A stretch of DNA of 64,000 nucleotides from positions 2,294,001 through 2,358,000 of the forward strand of contig OX597832.1 in NCBI GenBank assembly GCA_951406725.2, written 5' to 3'. The DNA comes from Octopus vulgaris. Its lineage: Eukaryota. Made by a program: the position numbers and the translations under genes. Below, in pieces: positions 53,562 to 64,000 of this stretch. Within the stretch, counting starts at the first letter, position 1. Every line of letters starts with the position of its first letter. The notes under the pieces were generated by a model. The model was not told the DNA's origin and searched no databases. It worked only from the letters and a program-made list of their open reading frames with translations.

Positions 53562-54943
53562 CTGTGTGTATAAATGTATATGTATGTATATGTATATGTA
53601 TATATATATACTTTCCTATGGCGGCTGTCGGTTTATTCTACCTTAAGCTTTCTCTTAAGTTATATTATTTATTTAGGCTTTCCTCTGAGTAAGGGAAAAT
53701 ATAATGATTTATCGTCACTTATACTAAAGTGTTATCATTCTATCTTTAACCCTAACTGCAGTTGTAACGTCATATAGACATATACGCATAGAACGCTAAC
53801 TCAACGACCATGTATGTTGAATATTTTAATTGTGTCCTTTAAACCACTATAAGAAACATAAAACAAAGATTACAGAAATGCATATTTATCTATGCTCAGT
53901 TGAAAAACAAACATGAAGAGAAACATTTTCTTTTTAATTATTTTATTTATATAAATATAACATTTTATATTTATTTACAAGAAGAAAGATAACTTAGTCG
54001 TGAAGAAAAACGACTTTAAATTCCTTAGCTAATTTCTTTTTCTATCTAATAGTTAACCAACAAATCAAAATAGATTTGTGATTAACGTAGACATGGCATA
54101 CAAATTTACTGATGTCTCCAAAAGAGTGAGTGTCGTGGAGTTGAATGACTACCGAATGAACACTAAAGTCTCTCCCCAAATCCAGGGTTTTTATAACTGC
54201 TCAACCTGATAAAAAAAAATCTTTATACAAGCAGTTACACTAACCAATGGGAAAAGAACGAAAATGACAATTCCTCAGCAAAGACATTACGTCATATTGC
54301 CAATTCGCGCCACATTTCAAACTGGCTAAAATGGCTATTGCTACAATACATATATATACATATATATATATATATACACACACACATACATATATATATA
54401 TATATGGCTTCCATAAAATGCACCATCCAAATTGTGGCCGATGCCAGCGCTGCCTCGACTGGCTTCCGTGTCAGTGGCACGTAAAAAGCACCATCCGAAT
54501 CGTAGCCGAAGCCAGTGCCGCCTTGACTGGCTTCCATAAAATGCACCAATCCGACCATGGCCGATGCCAGCCTCGCCTGGCACCAGTGCAGGTGGCACGT
54601 AAAAAGCACCCACTACACTCACGGAGTGGTTGGCGTTAGGAAGGGCATCCAGCTGTAGAAACGTTGCCAGATAAGACTGGAGCCTGGTGCAGCCTTCTGG
54701 CTTCCCAGATCCCCGGTCGAACTGTCCAACCCATGCTAGCATGGAGAACAGACGTTAAACGATGATGATGATGATGATTACATACATATAAGCGGGAATT
54801 ACCACTATGTGGAAACCCTTACACTAGAAGAAGATCCACTATGGTCTTACCACTAAGAACTGTTCTCTAGAATTATTCTCTTTAACTGGTGTTAAATTGA
54901 TGTTATCAAATTAATATCCAATTTTTCACCCTTATTTTAATTT

Positions 54944-54989
<46 letters not shown>

Positions 54990-55090
54990 CACATATGTAC
55001 ACTTAATATCAGGGTAATAAAGATTTTAGAAAAATTTACTACCAGTGGCCTAGCGTATAGAAAAATTAGTCGATAGACTATATATTATTC

Positions 55091-55612
55091 ATATAAAATA
55101 GTGTACATTTAAAAACATTAAGAGGTTTCCATCATAGGAATCCTTTACACTAGAAAGAACAGCTAAAGTCCAAACCACTAATTAGGGATAAATTCTCGAA
55201 GGGAATGAAAAATAAAAACATTTACCATCTCTTTCCTGGACCATGGTGTCTGACATATTTTAGTAAATAAAATAATTTACCAGGTGAAGTCTTCATCAAC
55301 AGGGACACCAAACATGGATTTGAAAAAGATTTAAATGTATAAGCAATGAGACACATGCTGGATTGGCATCAGTGTTTATATGTTTAATCTTTGGCGTACC
55401 TGTTGATAAAGACTTCGCCTGGTAAATTATTTTATTTACTAAAATAAGTCAGAAACCATGGTCCAGGAGAGAGATGGTAAATGTTTTTATTTTTCATTCC
55501 CTTCGAGAATTGTTCCCTAATTAGTGGTTTGAACGTTAGCTGTTCTTTCTAGTATAAAGGATTCCTCTGATGAAACCTCTTAATGTGTTTAAATGTACAC
55601 TGTATTTTATAT
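55091..55612. repeat. ~520-bp palindrome (fold-back)
   Basis: 55091-55312 is the reverse complement of 55390-55612 with few mismatches; an inner stem continues to a ~20-nt loop. Confidence 0.93.
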
Positions 55613-55760
55613 ATATATATATCTGTACATAAATAAATATATATATATATTCAGGTATATATACATATCTACAGATATACATATATATATCTACACACAC
55701 ACACACATATATATATATCTACAGATATGTAACCGTTGTATCGGTGGACTTTTTCTATAT

Positions 55761-55793
55761 TTCTGATGAAGAGCTCCGCTCAAAACGTGAAAT
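55761..55793 (+). ncRNA. Decayed hammerhead motif in a Penelope-type repeat
   Basis: CUGAUGA-A-GAGC(UCC)GCUC-AAAAC-GU; the G of GAAA is mutated. Confidence 0.4.
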
Positions 55794-56018
55794 CCTCTTT
55801 CTTTTCTTTCCTTTCCTGAGCATCCAATAACATTGTACTTATTCCATATCCTCGCGTTGTTTTTTCTTGCGTGCTCATGTTTATACATATATATATATAT
55901 ATATATATAGACATATATATCTACAGATACATATATATATCTGTAGTTATATATGTACATATATATCTACAGATACATATATATATCTGTAGTTATATAT
56001 GTACATATATATCTACAG

Positions 56019-56053
<35 letters not shown>

Positions 56054-56229
56054 ATCCAAACCAGAAAACAAAAACAAAAAAACACAACAACGCAAGGACG
56101 TGGAACAAATAAAGTATTATTGGACGCTCAGGAAAGAAGGGAAGAAGGAGGGTTTACATATACATACATATCATCATCATATATATATATATATATATAT
56201 ATGGAGAGAGAGAGAGAGAGAGAGATGTT

Positions 56230-57890
56230 TTTTCTGTAGTTTCAGCTCAGAGCTGCGGCCATGCTGATGCACCACTGTTTTGCTACACTGTTATTACTGA
56301 GAGCCTCCTGCAATATGTCGCACTTGAAGAATGGAGTTTGATATAAATACCCTCATTTGCACCTCTTGCCTTGATGTAGGTTCATCTGGGACTCTCTACA
56401 GGAAGAGGTCCAGCTTTGATCTAAAAACGCCTACATCTATTTGTGTAGGTTCCTCAGGCTCTTTGGGAGAATATTAAAAAGCTGTGGGCCCTTGAAACCC
56501 AGGCTGTTGCAGTAACTAGTCCTGAAGTGCAATGGTGTTGCTGGGATCTTTGGCACTATGCAGCGTCGTCCCACCAGAGGACCATCATGGTTTCCTTATC
56601 TCTGGTTCTGAATGTTCTTAAGAGCCATCCAGTCAGTCATCTGCACTTTGTCGCCATCCTGGTAATGTGCACTTGGAAAGAGGTATCATTACTCATGTCT
56701 TTACCCAGGTCCCTCACTGGTTTAGGCTCTGGGATTGAAATTCCCTGTGGACCAATGTACCCTGTAAGTTTCATATTCAGTTTTCGATGCTGGTAATGCA
56801 GGGGTTGGAATTTTTCAGCATTAAACTGCATAATATTATCCTCAGTACATCTGTAAATTGAGTCCAACTCCTGCTGCAGGTGTGCAACATTGCTGGGGTT
56901 CTATATTTTCTGCAAGACTTTCATATCATCTGCATAGCTTGCAAGGGTGGCTATCCAGGCATTTGAGGGCATATCTGAGAGGGCCACTATAAAAAGCAGT
57001 GGTTCCAAGACAGTGCCCTGTGGAACACTGCTTGCTATTTGTGTGTTCATAGAGGTGGCTCCATTAGCCACTACTGCCTGACTCCTATCTTTCAGAAAGT
57101 CTTGTAACCACATGCCAAGATCATGCAGTTTGTGGCATATCATACCATGATCCACCTTGTCAAAAGCTTTTGCAAAATCAAGGTATATTACGTCCACATT
57201 TGAGTTGTTGAGTAACTGCCTCAACACCCAGTCATAATGTTGTAAGAGCTGGGTCAGGCAACTCCTACCTGGTCGAAAGCCATGCTGGGTATCACTCAGC
57301 AAGTTATTTTCCTCAAGGAATGCGATTAATTTCCCTCTGACTATACATTCCATGACTTTGCTGTGTGAAGTCAGCGAGATAGGCCTATAGTTTTTGGCAT
57401 CTGCTCTGCTTCCCCCTTTATGGACTGGGCATATTATTCCCTCCTTCAGCTTGCTTGGCAGTTTGCCATTTGCAAGAAAGCTCTGGAAGAGAATCTGTAG
57501 GGGTTTTGCCAGGGCATGCTTACACGATTTGAGGAAGATTGCTGGGAAACTATCAGGACCAGCAGTTGAGTTTGTGTCCACTTCATCTATGGCTAGTAGT
57601 ATATCTTCTTCGCTAATGTCAATACATTCCATTGTAACCGCCTCACTGATATAGGTGAGGTGGCAAAGAAGTCCACTGGTTCGTTCACTTGTCTGTGTTC
57701 CAACGGGGTGGTAAAGACACTTTTGAACTGGTCATTCAGCATCTCACTGATCTTAGTTGGACTGTCTGTGAGGGAGCCATCCTTTTGGAGGAGGGGGTCC
57801 TATCTTGTAGTGTATTGAGACTTTCTTTCGCTTAATGAAAGAAGACCTTTGGGTTTGATTTAATGTTTTTTATAACCCAGGCTTCTTTGT
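56230..57890 (-). mobile_element. Second L2/CR1-group LINE copy (same family as 33218-34730), truncated and internally deleted
   Basis: [34 protein letters not shown]; same 3' tail (gcatggccgcagctctgagctgaaac). Confidence 0.92.
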
Positions 57891-58355
57891 ATAACATTAC
57901 TCTTTTATGTACACTTTTTTATGTATACTCCTTTATGTACACTGTTTTGCTCTACTTTTTTATGTTTAACCCTATAGTTTCTTATGTGGTGGTTTAATAA
58001 AGCATGTGATTGAGTATTATCTGGTAATTGATATTTGATTTAGATGTATTTCTCCATTTTCTTATTTTGTATTATGAATTTGTGGTAAAACATTTTACCT
58101 TTGCCCATATAATACAGTAAATGAATTGATTGCATCGCAATCCTTAACATTTATGTATTAACCTTGTTCGGTACTTCACTAGCAGTATATTGGATATATC
58201 CCATGGAGGGTTGCATTTACAACCCCTATCTCAATTTGTATATATTTACATATATATATATATATATATACATACACACACACATATATATATATTTACA
58301 TATATATATTTATATATATATATATATATATACTTACATATTTATATATATATAT

Positions 58356-58427
<72 letters not shown>

Positions 58428-58555
58428 TTACATATACTTATATATACATATACATATATATATATATATATTTACATATATCTATATATATATATACAGA
58501 GAGAGAGAGAGACTGCAAAAAAGAAGTGCTCAAATGTAATTGAGACAGAGATAAA

Positions 58556-61007
58556 AAAAAACATTGATCAGAGAACAAATATCAAATTCAAGTCAACGTC
58601 TTTATACATAACACCATGCCTCGAAACATTTGATCATATATAAATATTACCATGGCCTTTCAACATAAGAATGCATATATAAAAACACAGGTTAAAATAT
58701 ATATGCAAATAAAAATACAGATATATAGAACGGCCAATGAAGAAGGTATATACAATCGACTAACTATTCTGAAGCGTGTCATGCAACTAAAAATCTAAAT
58801 AAAATAAAATATCAATTGACTAAAAAGATTTTTCTTACTCCCCTCAAACAAAAAAAATAAATGTAAAAAAAGTTCATTACATAAAAACCATGGTAGGAGC
58901 GTAAAAGAGTTCCACAAAATCAAGTCAAACTCATCTATGGCCGTTTTGGAAGTTCTACACCACGGTTCAATTATGAGTTAAGGTGCATCTCAGCAATGAC
59001 CCCTTCAGGAATCTAAACAAATTATTCATTCACGGGAGTTACAACAGCACATGGCTAATTTAAAGATAATAATCTATCATCAGACCAGTTGAACTTTTCT
59101 AACACACACAAGAAAAAGAAAAGAAATTATCTCATTGCCAAACGTGCAGGTGACTGCTAATAATAGGAATTTTTACTATCCAGTTTCAAAACCCCATAAA
59201 AAATATTAGTTACCACATCTAGTTTTACTTCTATATACTTTCAGAAAAGAAAACTTATGGTTGCAAAAAGGGATCACCTCTGTAAATTTATATAACGCTT
59301 TAGGCCCAAAGGACTTAAAGATGGCAAGAGATTCCCTTACACACAACTTACACTTGTTAATATTAACTCTAAAATAAGGGGCCCTCGAGATATCAGACCA
59401 TTCAAGAGAATAACTTTTTTATTCCTCTTTAAACCATATATATAAGAGGCAAGTGTAGTGGAGTTACAATATTTTTTGATCAAGAATGAATTCATGTGGG
59501 CTCTATACCTAGCCTTAAAATTGATAGTATTGCCTATGTAAAACCTATCCAAATTACCCTCCTCTTTTACCCTCCTCTTTAACAATGCATTTATATATGG
59601 CATTAGTACTCAGACAGAATCTGTCAAGGTGACATAATCTAGGGCTTCTACAATTACAAGATTTACCAGAACCACCCATATCCTTATTACTAATACTAAC
59701 ATTACTTACCTGACTTCCCGCGTTCTTTCCTTCAGATATCTCATTACAGGGGGTCGATAAAGCCGGAAGTAAATGGTTTGTAACACTAACCTTAGGCTTA
59801 TTAGAGCTTATCTGCCCAATACCAGGGTTACCAACAGAGGAATACTTCCAGTGCACTTGCCCATTTAATTTGTTTCTATTGATAGATGCAGTAATGGAGG
59901 CCAAATTCAGCATTACCAAGTAAGAAAATTTGATGGAGGATTTATTACAGATGCTGTAGCATTTATGATTCTTCGGGAAGTTCTCCTTCAGAATCTTAAA
60001 AAACAACTTGGGCAAATTTCTTACCCTAAGAGAAAAGGGGAAGGGGGTGCGAACCATATGACTTCCTGTATTCTAGAACGTAAGCTTTTGGTTTTACTCA
60101 TCTCCTCACTGTCACTATTTCGCTTCCAGTATCTTTTCCTAATATCTTTATATAAGTATCTAACTGATGGCTTATATTGGTTGCAATAGAATAATGCATT
60201 GCATTTCTCTTGACTTTCCATGACATGGTCAGATGGTAGACCAGCCATTTTGTTCTTAAATCTCATGCTAAGTATATATGAGATTTTAGTTTTGAAGCCA
60301 CTTAATTTTAGAGTGTTGTTGTATACTGGAGCATGTTGATCAAAAATCTCTTCGTTTGCAGACAAGTTAGAGATTCTGATTGAGATAGTGGGAACGATGC
60401 CTTTAATAGTAGATTTTAGGTGATTGGAGAAGACATTGATATACGAGATGGATTAAAGGGGTAGTATAAACCAGTATCCAAATTCAAGGTAACATCCAAG
60501 AAATTCACCACTCTGGAGTTAACATCAAAAATAATGTTAAGATTAAAGAAATCCTTTAAGAAACCTCTCAGGGATTTCTTCAACCTATTCAATGCAGTTT
60601 TAAACTGGCCACATACAGCTAGAAGTGTATCATCCCTATATAACCCCTCCCCCTCCCCCGTAAAGAAGGGAAAACTATCCTTAATCTGTGAAAGGAGGCA
60701 TAGGCCCACTAAATTGGTCACATATTCTGAATCTGATGACCCCATAGTAATATCGAAGAAATTGGTGGAATCAGCTCTCCAACCTACCATGCTTTTTTGA
60801 CAATTTTTTTTTGTTTGAGGGGAGTAAAAAAGATCTTTTAGTCAATTATTATTTTATTTTATTAAGTCATATGACACGCTTTAGAAGTTTTAGTTGATTG
60901 TATATACCTTCTTGATAGGCCATTCTATATATCTGTATTTTTATTTGCATATGATCAAATGTTATGTATAAAGTTGTTGACTCAAATTTGATGTTTATTC
61001 TCTGATC

Positions 61008-61015
<8 letters not shown>
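58556..61015 (-). mobile_element. Penelope-like element: RT C-terminus plus GIY-YIG, flanked by inverted pLTRs
   Basis: TMGSSDS...GLYRDD, VNFLDVTLNL, ISIRISNLSANEEIF, CNCR..C.L...CL, FYIGNTINFKARYRAH; 58556-58860 is inverted relative to 60800-61015. Confidence 0.88.
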
Positions 61016-61062
<47 letters not shown>

Positions 61063-61276
61063 TCTATATATATATATGTAAAATTAAATAAGCGTAGAAA
61101 TTGATATTAATTAAAACCAGTGGCTGAGCATATTTTTAAAAAAATCGAAGATTAAAAATTGTTTTACATACAAAATTTATACAATAAATTTTGTTTGTAT
61201 ATATATATATATAATAGAAATATTAAAATTACTAAGTCTCTCTAAAAGAGATTACGGCAGCGTTACTGGAAATTGA

Positions 61277-61686
61277 TAGTTATCACCATACTAATATGGC
61301 AATCTTATAAATATAAGACTAAAGCTGTCGATGATTAGCTCCAAGAGGCCACCGCCTCAAGCTAGCTATTTGACACACAATCTGCGTCCATTATAGACTT
61401 TCGAATAGGGGAGGTCAGCCACTTCATCCTGCTAGTCAGACAGCTGCAGACGCGTTTCAGGGTAGTTGCCCTTTATCAATGCAGCGTAGTCAGACCCAGC
61501 AGGTGTCGCTACTGACTGTCCCTGTTTGAAGAATCTATTTACCTGAAACGCGTCTGCAGCTGTCTGACTAGCAGGATGAAGCGGCTGACCTCCCCTGTTC
61601 GAAAGTCTATAATAGACGCAGATTGTGTGTCAAATAGCTTTAGTCTTATATTTATAAGATTGCCATATTAGTATGGCGATAACTAT
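61277..61686. repeat. ~410-bp inverted repeat (Penelope pLTR-like) containing a hammerhead
   Basis: 61277-61462 is the reverse complement of 61541-61686, with one deletion in the right arm. Confidence 0.9.
61443..61485 (-). ncRNA. Minimal type-I hammerhead ribozyme with U3-A8 covariant core
   Basis: Minus strand GCUGCA-UUGAUAA-AGGG(CAACUA)CCCU-GAAAC-GC-GUC-UGCAGC; 6-bp stem I, 4-bp stem II, palindromic ACGCGU stem III, GUC cleavage triplet. Confidence 0.75.
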
Positions 61687-62827
61687 TTATATATATATAT
61701 ACACCTTGTTTGCATGAAACATTGTCTGATAGAGATGTTTTTAATTTATGTTTTTAGGCCAAATAATATCTGATAGTTTGTACTTGTATTTCAATATTTC
61801 TGGTTGGGACCTCGTCTTCAGGAAATCTTCAATGAAGTGTTATCATCTCACACCAGCATATCTCCAAAGATTTCCCGAAGAAGGGCTTCTAACCCCAAAG
61901 CATTGAACTATAAGATAAAAGTGCAAACCATCAACTTGTATCATTTCTTATAACTCACATTGTTTTGTCTTAAAAATATTTATACATGTATGCTGATGAT
62001 CTAGTTCTCATAATTGAATCTATAGCAAAATTAGAGAGAAATATTTGAGGTATGGAAGTGAAACCTAAATTTGAGGTCTTAAGATAAACTTAGCAAAGAT
62101 GAAAGTTTTGGTAAATAGGAAAGAAGACAGAGCCTTGCTCAATAATAGGTATAAACAACATATGCTGTACCTAATGTAAGCTGTGGAATGTGAAATCAAA
62201 GGCTAATTAAGACAAAAAAATAAGCTTTGTATGTGAGAGATACACTGGAGTATCGTACTAAGAGCACACTGGAAATAGAATCTTGTAAATAAGATAGATC
62301 ACTAGAAATAGTTGATAACATTTGTTAACTAGATGTAATCAGCAAAGTGTATATATCTGTATTTATGTATATTAAACTTTTTAATACTTTTTGATAGTTA
62401 TATATATTTTTAAAAAAATATAAATATAAATTAATAATTTTAATTTTAAATTTAAATAATTTTAATTTTTTAATTTTATATTTTATATATTTTGTATATT
62501 ATATTTTTATTTTTATGCTTTGGTTTATGTTTTTCACTGTTTGATTTGCCTATTAGTGGTTTTATCTCTAATTTATATATATATATATATAATGTGTGCA
62601 TTATATGGTCGGTTGAGCTGAAAATATGCACACCTATGTTAAAAGTGCTGGCAAGTTTGCATGACAACTATTTTTTTCCTCAAATGAAAGGCTTGACCTC
62701 TAGGACAAAATTCCTCATCTTATAAAATGTGGTCCCAGTAGACCCAAATGAAATTGGGTTATATTAACCAAAATGTGAAAAGGGGTCTAAATGGGGCTGG
62801 AAGGGGATTAAAATTTACAGGAGCGGG

Positions 62828-63180
62828 TGTTTAGGAATTCTCTGTTACATCAAGCTAAAAAATTTGCACCAGCCTTTTAATCGTCAATGTGTTGCCGTCC
62901 ATGATGAAGAAGTTTTGAATGCTTGCCATGGTGAGTCTACTGTCGTGAGAAAGAATCACTTCAAAACTTGGTGTTTAGGAATTTTCTTTTACATCAAGTT
63001 CAAAATTTTATGCCAGCCGTCAAACTGTCAATACGTTGCTGTCTGTTGTTAAGAAATGCCAGCCATGGTGACTCTACTATCCTCAGATTCTATCCCTTCA
63101 AACTTTGGTTTCCAATATTTTATTATTTTTATTCAGCTCGCAAGTTCGTCTGTCCCTTTTAAATGTTAGTGTTTTGCTGT
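62828..63180. repeat. Degenerate ~140-bp tandem repeat (~2.5 copies)
   Basis: tttaggaatt...ttacatcaag...gccatggtga.tctact...ttcaaa.cttgg recurs at ~62830 and ~62974. Confidence 0.6.
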
Positions 63181-63867
63181 CTGCCTTGAAGCAGACCTTT
63201 CTGTTGTCACTGCCTGATATTTATGATTGATCTTTCAAAATATTTTATTTCTCAACTTACTCAAGATCTTTTGTTGTTTATAAATGGGAGAGAGATAGAT
63301 AAAGATAGAGAGTAAGAGAAAGCGAGGGAGAGTCCGAGAGAAAAGAAAAGTAAGAGAGAAAGGAGAGAGAAACAAAGAGGGAGAATCATCGTCATCATCG
63401 TTTAATGTCCGTTTTCCATGCTAGCACGGGTTGGACAGTTTGACTGGGGTCTGGGAAGCCAGGAGGCTGCACCAGGCTCCAGTCTGATCTGGCAGTGTTT
63501 CTACAGCTGGATGCCCTTCCTAACGCCAACCACTCTGTGAATGTAGTGGGTGCTTTTTTTGTGCCGCCGGCACAGGTGCCAGGGGGTCTGGCAGCGACTA
63601 CGATCGGTTGGTGCTTTTTACATGCCACCGGCACAGAAGCCAGTCAAGGCGGCGCTGCCATCGGCCACGTTCGGATGGTGCTTTTTATGTGCTGAAAGGG
63701 AGCTACAGAAAGTAACAACCACACTCTTACCCGCGCGTAGAGCGGGTCACCTTAAGCTAGTATATATATATATATATATATATATACATACACACAGATA
63801 CAATAATAAAATCTGCAAAAAGAGTAGTGCACTTGCTAACAGACACCAATATATATATATATGTACA

Positions 63868-63912
<45 letters not shown>

Positions 63913-64000
63913 CAGAGACAGGCAGATACAAATAGATAGATATGTTTCCCTCAACCCTTCCCAATCTTTACAGATGTTGCCTCTCTCCCTCCCTCCCCTT

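Overview
AT-rich, intron-rich animal genomic DNA packed with microsatellites and transposons. The repeat landscape suggests an octopus or other coleoid cephalopod (inference). Two convergent spliced genes can be read with consistent GT-AG phases. (1) Plus strand, 1938-23232: the 3' ten coding exons of a ubiquitin-specific protease (peptidase C19). Its catalytic domain carries an insert of a Ubl-like segment, an S/T-rich linker and an atypical RING-like zinc finger, and the protein ends in an HbYX-like ...YDFYS*. (2) Minus strand, 51355-39001: the last five coding exons of HDAC3; I found no upstream exons in the window. Between the genes lie three Tc1/mariner elements (DD38E-like, DD36E Incomer-like and a deleted copy), a candidate spliced Myb/SANT-trihelix ORF, an L2/CR1-group LINE, a 1.7-kb (TA)n array and a 100-N gap. 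Introns hold a Helitron with a PIF1 ORF, a decayed Gypsy element, Penelope-like elements, MITEs and many SINEs. The features most worth checking are several minimal type-I hammerhead ribozyme motifs with core variants (U3-A8 and A6U) in Penelope-type repeats, many long fold-back hairpins in the HDAC3 pre-mRNA, and the RING-in-USP/HbYX architecture.
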